The position numbers and the translations under genes are program-made. A stretch of 64,000 bases of DNA from Mustelus asterias (Eukaryota), in the NCBI RefSeq assembly GCF_964213995.1, contig NW_027590120.1, forward strand, positions 1,860,001 to 1,924,000, given 5' to 3'. Below, in pieces: positions 1 through 12,276 of this stretch (its first letter is position 1; each line of letters begins with the position of its first letter). The notes beneath the pieces were generated by a model. It worked only from the letters and a program-made list of their open reading frames with translations. It ran no database searches and was not told the DNA's origin.

Positions 1-202
1 GGTACACTGAAGGAAAATTTAGCATGGCCAATGCACCTAACCAGCATGTCTTTCGGACTGTGGGAGGAAACCAGAGAACCCAGAGGAAACCCACGCAGAC
101 ATGGGGAGAATGTGCAGACTCCATGCAGAAAGTGACCAAAGCCAGGATTCAAACCCAGGTCCCTAGCGCTGTGAGGCAGCAGTGCTAACCACTGTGCCAC
201 CC
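1..202 (-). mobile_element. HE1-type V-SINE, 5' part (runs off the window edge)
   Basis: Reverse complement gives tRNA-like head GGTGGCACAGTGGTTAGCACTGCTGCCTCACAGC and the V-domain TTCTCCCCATGTCTGCGTGGGTTTCCTC; same family recurs more than 12 times in the window. Confidence 0.85.
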
Positions 203-248
203 AATCTAGAATGTAACCTCAATGGGAGGAGGAGAGTTGGGGTGGGGG

Positions 249-336
249 AGAGGGCCTGGGTAAGACACTCTGTCACAAAGTCGGTGCAGACTTGATGGGC
301 TGAATAGCCTCCTTCTGCACTGTAGGGATTCTATGA
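249..336 (+). mobile_element. HE1-type SINE 3' tail
   Basis: GGTGCAGACTTGATGGGCTGAATAGCCTCCTTCTGCACTGTAGGGATTCTATGA matches the tails of full copies such as 35368-35705. Confidence 0.7.
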
Positions 337-552
337 ATGGACTCGAGGCTGGGTGAAGCATATTTTTAACCCACACGGGAGCCAAGGGTTACCAGTGGTG
401 TGGGTATGCAGGGCAGGGTCAGGAAAGTTGTGTGCACACAAGCCATGATCTTGTTGAATTGAAAGTATTATTGATGGACCGAATGGCCTCTTCCTGATCC
501 TAATTCTGATGTTCCTCTGATGGAGGGATACATGGCCATGAGCAGATGGTGA

Positions 553-3500
553 CCCTGAGCCCGGACCCGTCGCCACGTCCTGAGCCCGGGCCCGTCGCCG
601 TGCCCTGAACCCGGGCCTGTCACCGCACCCTGAACCCAGGCCCTGAACCCAGGCCCATCACCGCGCCCTGAACCCAAGCCTGTCGCCGCGCCCTGAACCC
701 AAGCCTGTCGCCGCGCCCTGAACCCGGGCCTGTCACTGCGCCCTGAACCCAGGCCCCGAACCCGGGCCCATCACCGCGCCCTGAACCTGAGCCTGTTGCC
801 GCGCCCTGAACCCAGGCCTGTCACCGCGCCCTGAACCCGGGCCCATCACCGCGCCCTGAACCCAAGCCTGTCGCCGCGCCCTGAACCCAAGCCTGTCGCC
901 GCGCCCTGAACCCGGGCCTGTCACTGCGCCCTGAACCCAGGCCCCGAACCCGGGCCCATCACCGCGCCCTGAACCTGAGCCTGTTGCCGCGCCCTGAACC
1001 CAGGCCTGTCACCGCGCCCTGAACCCGAGCCTGTCACCGTGCCCCGAACCCGGGCCTGTCGCCGCGCCCTGAACCCGGGCCTGTCGCCGCGCCCTGAACC
1101 CGGGCCCATCACCGCGCCCTGAACCCGGGCCTGTCACCGCGCCCTGAACCCGGGCCTGTCACCGCGCCCTGAACCCGAGCCTGTCACCGTGCCCTGAACC
1201 CGGGCCTGTCGCCGCGCCCTGAACCCGGGCCCATCACCGCACCCTGAACCCGGGCCTGTCACCGCGCCCTGAACCCGGGCCTGTCACCGCGCCCTGAACC
1301 CGGGCCCATCACCGCGCCCTGAACCCGGGCCCATCACCGCGCCCTGAACCCGGGCCTGTCACCGCGCCCTGAACCCGGGCCTGTCACCGCGCCCTGAACC
1401 CGGGCCTGTCACCGCGCCCTGAACCCGGGCCCATCACCGCGCCCTGAACCCGGGCCCATCACCGCGCCCTGAACCCGGGCCTGTCACCGCGCCCTGAACC
1501 CGGGCCCGTCACCGCGCCCTGAACCCGGGCTGTCACCGCGCCCTGAACCTGAGCCTGTCGCCGCGCCCTGAACCTGAGCCTGTCGCCGCGCCCTGAACCC
1601 GGGCTGTCACCGCGCCCTGAACCTGAGCCTGTCGCCGCGCCCTGAACCCGGGCCCCGAACCTGGGCCCATCACCGTGCCCTGAACCCGAGCCTGTCGCCG
1701 CGCCCTGAACCCGAGCCTGTCGCCGCGCCCTGAACCCGAGCCTGTCGCCACGTCCTGAACCCGAGCCTGTCGCCCTGCCCTGAACCCGAGCCTGTCGCCG
1801 CGCCCTGAACCCGAGCCTGTCGCCCTGCCCTGAACCCGAGCCTGTCGCCGCACCCTGAACCCGAGCCTGTCGCCGCGCCCTGAACCCGAGCCTGTCGCCG
1901 CGCCCTGAACCCGGGCCTGTCGCCGCGTCCTGAACCCGGGCCTGTCGCCGTGCCCTGAACCCGGGCTCGTCGCCGCGCCCTGAACCCGAGCCTGTCGCCG
2001 CGCCCTGAACCCGAGCCTGTCGCCGTGCCCTGAACCCGGGCCTGTCGCCGCGTCCTGAACCCGGGCCCGTCACCGCGCCCTGAACCTGAGCCTGTTGCCG
2101 CGCCCTGAACCCAGGCCTGTCACCGCGCCCTGAACCCGGGCCCGTCACTGCGCCCTGAACCCGAGCCTGTCGCCGCGCCCTGAACCCGGGCCCATCACCG
2201 CACCCTGAACCCGGGCCTGTCGCCGCGCCCTGAACCCGGGCCCATCACCGCACCCTGAACCCGGGCCTGTCACCGCGCCCTGAACCCGGGCCTGTCACCG
2301 CGCCCTGAACCCGGGCCTGTCGCCGTGCCCTGAACCCGGGCTCGTCGCCGCGCCCTGAACCCGAGCCTGTCGCCGTGCCCTGAACCCGGGCCTGTCGCCG
2401 CGTCCTGAACCCGGGCCTGTCACCGCGCCCTGAACCCGGGCCCATCACCGCGCCCTGAACCCGGGCCTGTCACCGCGCCCTGAACCCGGGCCTGTCACCG
2501 CGCCCTGAACCCGGGCCCGTCACCGCGCCCTGAACCCGGGCCTGTCACCGCGCCCTGAACCTGAGCCTGTCGCCGCGCCCTGAACCCGGGCCTGTCACCG
2601 CGCCCTGAACCCGGGCCTGTCACCGCGCCCTGAACCCGGGCCCGTCACCGCGCCCTGAACCCGGGCCTGTCACCGCGCCCTGAACCTGAGCCTGTCGCCG
2701 CGCCCTGAACCCGGGCCCGTCACCGCGCCCTGAACCCGGGCCTGTCGCCGCGCCCTGAACCCGGGCCTGTTACCGCGCCCTGAACCCGGGCCCCGAACCT
2801 GGGCCCATCACCGTGCCCTGAACCTGAGCCTGTCGCCGCGCCCTGAACCCGAGCCTGTCGCCGCGCCCTGAACCCGAGCCTGTCGCCCTGCCCTGAACCC
2901 GAGCCTGTCGCCGCGCCCTGAACCCGAGCCTGTCGCCGCGCCCTGAACCCGGGCCTGTCGCCGCGTCCTGAACCCGGGCCTGTCGCCGCGCCCTGAACCC
3001 GGGCCTGTCGCCGCGTCCTGAACCCGGGCCCGTCACCGCGCCCTGAACCTGAGCCTGTCGCCGCGCCCTGAACCCGAGCCTGTCGCCGTGCCCTGAACCC
3101 GGGCCTGTCGCCGCGTCCTGAACCCGGGCCTGTCACCGCGCCCTGAACCCGGGCCCATCACCGCGCCCTGAACCCGGGCCTGTCACCGCGCCCTGAACCC
3201 GGGCCTGTCACCGCGCCCTGAACCCGGGCCTGTCACCGCGCCCTGAACCCGGGCCTGTCACCGCGCCCTGAACCTGAGCCTGTCGCCGCGCCCTGAACCC
3301 GGGCCTGTCACCGCGCCCTGAACCCGGGCCTGTCACCGCGCCCTGAACCCGGGCCCGTCACCGCGCCCTGAACCCGGGCCTGTCACCGCGCCCTGAACCT
3401 GAGCCTGTCGCCGCGCCCTGAACCCGGGCCCGTCACCGCGCCCTGAACCCGGGCCTGTTACCGCGCCCTGAACCCGGGCCCCGAACCTGGGCCCATCACC

Positions 3501-6500
3501 GTGCCCTGAACCTGAGCCTGTCGCCGCGCCCTGAACCCGAGCCTGTCGCCACGTCCTGAACCCGAGCCTGTCGCCCTGCCCTGAACCCGAGCCTGTCGCC
3601 GCGCCCTGAACCCGAGCCTGTCGCCCTGCCCTGAACCCGAGCCTGTCGCCGTGCCCTGAACCCGAGCCTGTCGCCGCGCCCTGAACCCGGGCCTGTCGCC
3701 GCGTCCTGAACCCGGGCCTGTCGCCGCGCCCTGAACCCGGGCCTGTCGCCGCGTCCTGAACCCGGGCCCGTCACCGCGCCCTGAACCTGAGCCTGTTGCC
3801 GCGCCCTGAACCCAGGCCTGTCACCGCGCCCTGAACCCGGGCCCATCACCGCGCCCTGAACCTGAGCCTGTTGCCGCGCCCTGAACCCGAGCCTGTCGCC
3901 GCGCCCTGAACCCGGGCCCATCACCGCACCCTGAACCCGGGCCTGTCGCCGCGCCCTGAACCCGGGCCCATCACCGCACCCTGAACCCGGGCCTGTCACC
4001 GCGCCCTGAACCCGGGCCTGTCACCGCGCCCTGAACCCGGGCCTGTCGCCGTGCCCTGAACCCGGGCTCGTCGCCGCGCCCTGAACCCGAGCCTGTCGCC
4101 GCGCCCTGAACCCGAGCCTGTCGCCGTGCCCTGAACCCGGGCCTGTCGCCGCGTCCTGAACCCGGGCCTGTCACCGCGCCCTGAACCCGGGCCCATCACC
4201 GCGCCCTGAACCCGGGCCTGTCACCGCGCCCTGAACCCGGGCCTGTCACCGCGCCCTGAACCCGGGCCCGTCACCGCGCCCTGAACCCGGGCCTGTCACC
4301 GCGCCCTGAACCTGAGCCTGTCGCCGCGCCCTGAACCCGGGCCTGTCACCGCGCCCTGAACCCGGGCCTGTCACCGCGCCCTGAACCCGGGCCCGTCACC
4401 GCGCCCTGAACCCGGGCCTGTCACCGCGCCCTGAACCTGAGCCTGTCGCCGCGCCCTGAACCCGGGCCCGTCACCGCGCCCTGAACCCGGGCCTGTTACC
4501 GCGCCCTGAACCCGGGCCCCGAACCTGGGCCCATCACCGTGCCCTGAACCTGAGCCTGTCGCCGCGCCCTGAACCCGAGCCTGTCGCCACGTCCTGAACC
4601 CGAGCCTGTCGCCCTGCCCTGAACCCGAGCCTGTCGCCGCGCCCTGAACCCGAGCCTGTCGCCGCGCCCTGAACCCGAGCCTGTCGCCCTGCCCTGAACC
4701 CGAGCCTGTCGCCGCGCCCTGAACCCGAGCCTGTCGCCGCGCCCTGAACCCGGGCCTGTCGCCGCGTCCTGAACCCGGGCCTGTCGCCGCGCCCTGAACC
4801 CGGGCTCGTCGCCGCGCCCTGAACCCGAGCCTGTCGCCGTGCCCTGAACCCGGGCCTGTCGCCGCGTCCTGAACCCCGGCCTGTCACCGCGCCCTGAACC
4901 CGAGCCTGTCGCCATGCCCTGAACCCGAGCCTGTCGCCGCGTCCTGAACCCGAGCCTGTCGCTGTGCCCTGAACCCGAGCCTGTCGCCGTGCCCTGAACC
5001 CGAGCCTGTCGCCGCGCCCTGAACCCGGGCCTGTCGCCGCGTCCTGAACCCGGGCCTGTCGCCGTGCCCTGAACCCGGGCTCGTCGCCGCGCCCTGAACC
5101 CGAGCCTGTCGCCGCGCCCTGAACCCGAGCCTGTCGCCGTGCCCTGAACCCGGGCCTGTCGCCGCGTCCTGAACCCCGGCCTGTCACCGCGCCCTGAACC
5201 CGAGCCTGTCGCCATGCCCTGAACCCGAGCCTGTCGCCGCGTCCTGAACCCGAGCCTGTCGCTGTGCCCTGAACCCGAGCCTGTCGCCGTGCCCTGAACC
5301 CGAGCCTGTCGCTGTGCCCTGAACCCGAGCCTGTCGCTGTGCCCTGAACCCGAGCCTGTCGCCGTGCCCTGAACCCGAGCCTGTCGCCGTGCCCTGAACC
5401 CGGGCCTGACACCGTGCCCTGAACCCGGGCCTGTCACCGCGCCCTGAACCTGGGCCCCGAACCCGGGTCCTGAACCCGGGCCCGTCACCGTGCCCTGAAC
5501 CCGAGCCTGTCACCGCGCCCTGAACCTGGGCCCGTCACCGCGCCCTGAACCTGGGCCCCGAACCCGGGTCCTGAACCCAGGTCCTGAACCCGGGCCCATC
5601 ACCGTGCCCTGAACCCGAGCCTGTCGCCGGGTCCTGAACCCGAGCCTGTCGCCGCGTCCTGAACCCGAGCCTGTCGCCGCGTCCTGAACCCGAGCCTGTC
5701 GCCGTGCCCTGAACCCGGGCCTGTCACCGCGCCCTGAACCTGGGCCCCGAACCCGGGTCCTGAACCCGGGCCCGTCACCGGGCCCTGAACCCGAGCCTGT
5801 CGCCGCGCCCTGAACCCGAGCCTGTCGCCGCGTCCTGAACCCGAGCCTGTCGCCGCGTCCTGAACCCGGGCCTGTCGCCGCGTCCTGAACCTGGGCCCCG
5901 AACCCGGGTCCTGAACCCGGGCCCGTCACCGTGCCCTGAACCCGGGCCCGTCACCGTGCCCTGAACCCGGGCCTGTCGCCGCACCCTGAACCTGGGCCCC
6001 GAACCCGGGTCCTGAACCCGGGCCCATCACCGTGCCCTGAACCCGAGCCTGTCGCCGCGCCCTGAACCCGAGCCTGTCGCTGTGCCCTGAACCCGGGCCT
6101 GTCACCGCGTCCTGAACCCGAGCCTGTCGCCGCGTCCTGAACCCGAGCCTGTCGCCGCGTCCTGAACCCGAGCCTGTCGCCGTGCCCTGAACCCGGGCCT
6201 GTCACCGCGCCCTGAACCTGGGCCCCGAACCCGGGTCCTGAACCCGGGCCCGTCACCGTGCCCTGAACCCGAGCCTGTCACCGCGTCCTGAACCCGGGCC
6301 CGTCACCGCGCCCTGAACCCGGGCCTGTCGCCGCGTCCTGAACCTGGGCCCCGAACCCGGGTCCTGAACCCGGGCCCATCACCGTGCCCTGAACCCGAGC
6401 CTGTCGCCACGTCCTGAACCCGAGCCTGTCGTCGCGCCCTGAACCCGAGCCTGTCGCTGTGCCCTGAACCCGGGCCTGTCACCGCGTCCTGAACCCGAGC

Positions 6501-6941
6501 CTGTCGCCGCGTCCTGAACCCGAGCCTGTCGCCGCGTCCTGAACCCGAGCCTGTCGCCGTGCCCTGAACCCGGGCCTGTCACCGCGCCCTGAACCTGGGC
6601 CCCGAACCCGGGTCCTGAACCCGGGCCCGTCACCGTGCCCTGAACCCGAGCCTGTCACCGCGTCCTGAACCCGGGCCCGTCACCGCGCCCTGAACCTGGG
6701 CCCCGAACCCGGGCCCGTCACCGTGCCCTGAACCCGAGCCTGTCGCCGCGTCCCGAACCCGGGCCTGTCACCGCGCCCTGAACCCGGGCCCCGAACCCGG
6801 GCCCGTCACCGTGCCCTGAACCTGGGCCCCGAACCCGGGTCCTGAACCCGGGCCCGTCACCGTGCCCTGAACCCGAGCCTGTCGCTGCGTCCTGAACCCG
6901 GGCCCGTCACCGTGCCCTGAACCTGAGCCTGTCACCGCGCC
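553..6941. repeat. GC/CpG-rich 25-bp tandem satellite, about 250 units (consensus CCCTGAACCCGGGCCTGTCACCGCG)
   Basis: Directly visible 25-bp period with occasional 13-bp half-units and higher-order blocks (188-bp offset near 733/921; 300-bp offset near 4861/5161). Confidence 0.98.
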
Positions 6942-6960
6942 TTGTGCTCAGACTGAGGAG

Positions 6961-7383
6961 ACAATCAATGATTTTCTCTCCTGGTCACTGGGACCCTGAA
7001 ACCCCGCCCACTATCTATTGCATCACGGGGATAGCCACGCATGCGCCCTGCTGAACAAAGATGGCGGCGGCGGCACTGGGCCTGATCCCGGGAAAATCAC
7101 CTCTGCTAAACACCCGAGACCCGCAGGCTCTTATTCCAGCCTTGCGGCCTACAGTGGGTGTTTGTGAAGCCTCCGCTCCCTCCCCACCCCGAATCCCAGC
7201 TCCATTCCTCCCTCCGCCCCACCGACTCTCACCACCTGAAAAAACGCGTCTCATACACTCGGAGCAAAGTGATACCGCGCATGCATCCGAAAAGAGCACC
7301 ACGCCTGCGCACTGGACTCCTGTGGAATGAATAGGGCACTTTCACATCCGCAACGAATGTTGGGTAATAGCAGCGCCATTGAA
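6961..7383. promoter_or_regulatory. ZNF-family promoter module (GC box, NRF1-like, YY1-like)
   Basis: CCCCGCCC, CGCATGCGC (7038) and AAGATGGCGGC (7058); aligns over about 400 bp with 45880-46300. Confidence 0.65.
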
Positions 7384-7454
7384 TAATGAACTTGAGGATC
7401 AAAATAACGTCACCCAATTAAGAAAAATTACTTTTTAAAAACTCACACATTTCG

Positions 7455-7760
7455 GCAATTAAGGACCCCACGCACCCCAGACATTCTCTCTTCCACCTTC
7501 TTCCGTCGGGAAAAGATACAAAAGTCTGAGGTCACGTACCATCCGACTCAAGAACAGCTTCTTCCCTGCTGCTGTCAGACTTTTGCATGGACCTACCTCG
7601 CATTAAGTTGATCTTTCTCTACACCCGAGCTATGACTGTAATACTAGAGTCTGCACTCTCTCCTTTCCTTCTCTATGAACGGTATGCTTTGTCTGTATAG
7701 CCGCACAAGAAGCAATACTTTTCACTGTATCCCAATACATGTGACAATCAAATCAAATCA
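7455..7760 (+). mobile_element. Rex1/Babar LINE 3' end
   Basis: Translates IKDPTHPRHSLFHLLPSGKRYKSLRSRTIRLKNSFFPAAVRLL, the typical Rex1/Babar C-terminus, followed by an (AATCA)n tail. Confidence 0.8.
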
Positions 7761-8293
7761 CCCACTGCTTCCTCACGGCAGAAAGGAAACCACTCGCTCA
7801 CTAATTCAAACTCTAAGTGATTATAGGTATTGCCAGTAAGAGTCCAGGATAAATTGTTATTTGTAAAGTGAAAATACATGAGCAGCAGGAGTTAGTGAGG
7901 AGGGTGATGGTAATAACCAAGAAAAAGTGTTTCAGAGGGGATTCCTTGGTATCCACCCAAAACAGTCATTGTCACAGTTAAACCTTATTTAAACACTTGT
8001 CAGGCCATGGACCCTGGTGTGACTGTGGTCAAAGAGACTGTATACCATTGGAAAGACTTTCCCTCATCGTTCACAGCAAATAAGGACTTACCCGTCCTGC
8101 CCGATGAGAGTTTCTATCACAAAGCTATCTCTAATTTGACTTGGGCCACACCTTAGAAAATAATTAATTTTGTTTATGCATCAAATTGAACAGATTTCTC
8201 TTTCCAGTCTTCAATATGTTAGATGATTATTGTTGTAGATAAAGATACCTCTGTCTATTCGTAGGTCAAAATACATTGGTTTATTTTCACAAT

Positions 8294-8893
8294 TGTGGGA
8301 GACCGTCCGATGCCTAACACGGCCGCAGACCTCTCAGCAAATACAGGTTAAGAACATACATTTATACCCTTCCTTGCACGTCCGCAGTTTCCCAGGCCTC
8401 ACAGGTTCCCAGGCTGTTGCTTGTGAACCTTGCTGCCTTGGGGTTTTCTTCACGGTTATCCCAAGGCCGTGAGTGTTGTTGTTCTCTGTGAGCACAGGTG
8501 GGGTATCTTACTAACGTACAAGGTTCCAGTCTTCGTACAAACAAGTTAATTGGCATACAACAATTTATATACATTCGTAGGTACTTGTATAATGTATATC
8601 GGTACAGGCTATGAATATATATGAAGATATCATTATACGTCACAGAAGGCCGACATGTAGGTTTCCACTGTTACACAGCAATACGTAATTAAAGAATACA
8701 AAATGGTGGGTTAGCCACATTCTTGAACAGAAAAACTTACAACAGCTGTGCTCTTATCTGTTCTTGGATACATGTGCATGAAAACACCCGAACGTAAACA
8801 TGAGTTTGACAGTATTTCTCACAATCCCTAAATATCACAGAATTCACTTTGACACTGTAGGTATTAGAGTTCATTAACCCATTCCCGACTTCA
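8294..8893 (-). mobile_element. ERV 3' LTR (left boundary uncertain)
   Basis: Begins TGAAG immediately after polypurine tract AAAAGGGGGGAG (8905-8894) downstream of env; plausible end ...CTCCCACA at 8294, alternative ...CTAACA at 8217. Confidence 0.6.
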
Positions 8894-8946
8894 CTCCCCC
8901 CTTTTGGTCGGGTGCCAGGTGGTCCACACATGGCCCCATGACCAAT

Positions 8947-9550
8947 TCAGAACCACATGTTATCGGCGAATCGGCTTAGCTCCAGCTCCTTTGTCGGGGG
9001 GCCTGCCCCCTCTGCCTGTACACTGGTGCCCGCTGTTACTGTTTTGCAACAGGCGTTCAATAATGCCATACAAACACAGCAAGTAATTACAAATATAATT
9101 AATACAATCAATCCATGCACCAGGTACGCACCCCACGACCCGAACCATTGCCCCAGCCATCCCAGAAGGTTATAATTGTGATATTGGTTCCTCTCAGCCT
9201 GTATTGTTTTCGCCACGTGTTTAATATGATCTGCTAAGTGAGTTATATTCTGCGAAGCATCGGAAATATACGTACACCATTCCAAGCCAACTATATTCCA
9301 CCTTGGGAGGCGAGCACATAATCGAGTGCCAATCGGTTCTGTAACGCCACAGTCTGAATAGCTACGACCACTGCTGATGTTTCAGAGACGGCCGTGCTCA
9401 CCTCCTCCAACCCGTCCTTAGTCGCATTAGCAATTCTCTCTAGGGTCGAGGCCATCCGTATAAGTTCTTGTGCTGCCTTTGCTGTCCCACAAAGTGGGTA
9501 GGCTATCATGATGAACTGTTCTGTCTCACAAATGGCTCGCTTCGCCCCAA
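8947..9550 (-). pseudogene. env: Endogenous retrovirus env, TM subunit only, frameshifted
   Basis: GAKR cleavage-like site, heptad region, immunosuppressive motif LQNRLALDYVLASQGG, broken CX6CC (frameshift at about 9290), hydrophobic membrane anchor and cytoplasmic tail. Confidence 0.9.
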
Positions 9551-10320
9551 GGGTGTTGGGGCCTCCAGAGGGTGTTTGTGAATCCTCCCCGCCCACCTCC
9601 CAGGGTTTCCTTCCTTCCCAGAGATCAGAATCCTCATTGATTTGAGGCCAAAGTGTAACCTCTTATTTATTGTCCCCCTCCCCCATCCTCTGATGTGAAC
9701 CATCCTCCAGTGGCTGAGCCAGGATGGGGCCGTTAACCTGGGCCTGTTCCCAGGAGGGAGGGAGGGAGAAGCCCCACAGCTGCAAACCAGGGAGCTGACA
9801 ATGATTCTGAAGGGTTTGCGGATCCACAAAGTGTTTCCAAATCCTCCCAGCCACCGCCTAACGCTGACTCCGCTTCTCCGGGACAAACAAGCGCCAAGGC
9901 CAGCAATGACACTGCGCATGCTCCACATCACAATGCCCGGGGACTGATTGACGGCAGCTCGGACCAATAGGAAAAGGGGGCGGGGGTGGAGAACCAAGCG
10001 GGAGTGGCTGGTCCTCCAACCAATCAGAGTGAATGAGGGGCGGGACCTGAAGCATGCGCAGTGCGGGTAATGGCGCGGACGGTCGGTTTTAATTTGGAAG
10101 CGAGATCAATACGAGGTAGAGGGCGGCGTTCGGGGAATGATAAATGTGGCGGGTGGGTGGAGAGGCTTTGTAAACATGTTGTTCAAACCCAAACCCCGGA
10201 AATGAACTTCCCGGTCCCCCCTTTGTACCAAATGGAGTGGCGGCTTGTAGTGTTAGACCCGGGCTGACTGCCGCCATAGAGGCTGCATGTGGGAGGCCGG
10301 CAGGGATTGTGATCGGAGAG
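9551..10320 (-). promoter_or_regulatory. ZNF-family promoter/5' module, paralog of 31990-32563
   Basis: Near-identical reverse complement of 32010-32563; CCAAT boxes, GC boxes, TGCGCATGC. Confidence 0.7.
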
Positions 10321-10328
10321 TGAAGCCC

Positions 10329-11110
10329 TGACGTCACAATGGAATGGGTGGGGGTGTGACGTCACAATGGAATGGGTGAGGGTGTGACGTCACAATGGAA
10401 TGGGCGATGGTGTGACGTCACAATGGAATGGGCGATAGTGTGACGTCACAATGGAATGGGCGATAGTGTGACGTCACAATGGAATGGGCGATAGTGTGAC
10501 GTCACAATGGAATGGGCGATAGTGTGACGTCACAATGGAATGGGCGATAGTGTGACGTCACAATGGAATGGGCGATGGTGTGACGTCACAATGGAATGGG
10601 CGAGGGTGGGACGTCACAATGGAATGGGCGAGGGTGGGACGTCACAATGGAATGGGCGAGGGTGGGACATCACAATGGAATGGGCGAGGGTGGGACGTCA
10701 CAATGGAATGGGCGAGGGTGGGACGTCACAATGGAATGGGCGAGGGTGGGACGTCACAATGGAATGGGCGAGGGTGGGACGTCACAATGGAATGGGCGAG
10801 GGTGGGACGTCACAATGGAATGGGCGAGGGTGGGACGTCACAATGGAATGGGCGAGGGTGGGACGTCACAATGGAATGGGCGAGGGTGGGACGTCACAAT
10901 GGAATGGGCGAGGGTGGGACGTCACAATGGAATGGGCGAGGGTGGGACATCACAATGGAATGGGCGAGGGTGGGACGTCACAATGGAATGGGTGAGGGTG
11001 GGACGTCACAATGGAATGGGAGAGGGTGTGACGTCACAATGGAAATGGGAGAGGGTGTGACGTCACAATGGAATGGGCGATAGTGTGACGTCACAATGGA
11101 ATGGGTGAGA
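10329..11110. repeat. 28-bp minisatellite, about 28 units (TGACGTCACAATGGAATGGGCGAGGGTG)
   Basis: Directly visible; 13 units keep the perfect TGACGTCA palindrome. Confidence 0.97.
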
Positions 11111-11161
11111 GTTCCAGATGAGCTGAGACTGGGCTGGAGTCGGGTGATGACACTGACATGT

Positions 11162-11460
11162 GGCCCGGTGGCACAGTGGTTAGTGCAGCTGCCTAACAGC
11201 GCCAGGGACCCGGGTTCAATTCCAGCCTCGGGTCGCTGTCTGTGCAGAGTTTCTACATTCTCCCCGTGTCTGTGTGGGTTTCCTCCGGGTGTTCCGGTTT
11301 CCTTCCACAGTCTAAAGATGTGCCGGTTAGACGGATTGGCCATGATAAATTGCCACTTGGTATCAGAGGGATTAACAGGGTAAATACGTGGATAGGGCCT
11401 GGATGGGATTGTTGTCGGTGCAGGTTCGATGGGCTGAATGGCCTCCTTCTACACTGTATT
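11162..11460 (+). mobile_element. HE1-type V-SINE
   Basis: tRNA-like head, V-domain and CR1-like tail. Confidence 0.85.
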
Positions 11461-11489
11461 TTATTATTCATTATTATTAATTAATTACT

Positions 11490-11745
11490 GTTAATGCTTG
11501 TGTGAATGAAGGTGGTCTTGATGATGATGTGGACATGTGGCTGGAAGCTCATGTTGGGATGAACTATTTCACCCTGGTTGTGAACAGCCTGGTTCAGCCC
11601 CAGACAGTTGCCAGGTGGAGAGATAAAGTTGTTGGCGAGGGAGTGGAGTTTGTAGTGGGGACTGAACACAATGGGTTCAGTCTTCCCAGTATTTATATGA
11701 AATAAATTTCTGTTCTTTCAGTACTGGATGTCAGACAAGTCAGGA
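11490..11745 (-). mobile_element. Degenerate L2-like LINE RT fragment
   Basis: Minus strand reads as decayed LSDIQY...NTGKTEPIVFSP, resembling the L2 RT C-terminal region. Confidence 0.5.
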
Positions 11746-11888
11746 TGGTGTGCGAGTTGGAGAGGAACTTGGAGCTGATGATGTTCACAGGGTTTGGAAA
11801 TTCTGTCAAAGTTCCTGTTGAGTTGTAGATGTATAAAATCTCTCTCCTCACCTCCGGCCTCTCCTACTTCTCTCTGTTTCCACTCAGG

Positions 11889-12276
11889 GTGGAGATGCCA
11901 GCATTGGACTGGGGTAAGCACAGTAAGAAGTCTCACAACACCAGGTTAAAATCCAACAGGTTAATTTGGTAGAATAAGCCACAGGCTTTCGGAGCGCTGC
12001 CCCTTCATCAGGTGAGTGAGAGTTCTGTTCACAAACAGGGCATATAAAGACACAAACTCAATTTACAAGATAATGGTTGCAATGTGAGTCTTTACAGGTA
12101 ATTAAGTCTTAAACGTACTGACAATGTGAGTGGAGAGAGGGTTAAGCACAGGTTAAAGAGATGTGTATTGTCTCCAGCCAGGACAGTTAGTGAGATTTTG
12201 CAAGCCCAGGCAAGTCGTGGGGGTTACAGATAGTGTGACATGAACTCAAGATCCCGGTTGAGGCCGTCCTCATGTG
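11889..12276 (-). mobile_element. Penelope-like element 3' end
   Basis: HEDGLNRDLEFMSHYL* (end of the GIY-YIG region of vertebrate Penelope elements) followed by a pseudo-LTR containing a hammerhead core. Confidence 0.8.
11980..12014 (-). ncRNA. Minimal hammerhead ribozyme motif in Penelope pseudo-LTR
   Basis: CACCTGATGAAGGGGCAGCGCTCCGAAAGCCTGTG: CUGAUGA core, stem II GGGGC/GCTCC, GAAA. Confidence 0.6.

Noticed and set aside
468-6633. Many minus-strand ORFs with GSGRGDR (RGD-containing) repeats
   Set aside because: By-product of translating a stop-poor 25-bp satellite; all three frames give the same peptide and most starts are not ATG.
553-6941. Telomeric or interstitial telomeric repeat (CCCTGAACCC resembles CCCTAACCC)
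   Set aside because: No tandem TTAGGG hexamers; the unit is 25 bp and has a closer match in the promoter module.
10329-11110. CRISPR-like array or coding repeat
   Set aside because: Head-to-tail units with no unique spacers, no cas genes, vertebrate context; ORFs in all three frames are repeat artefacts.
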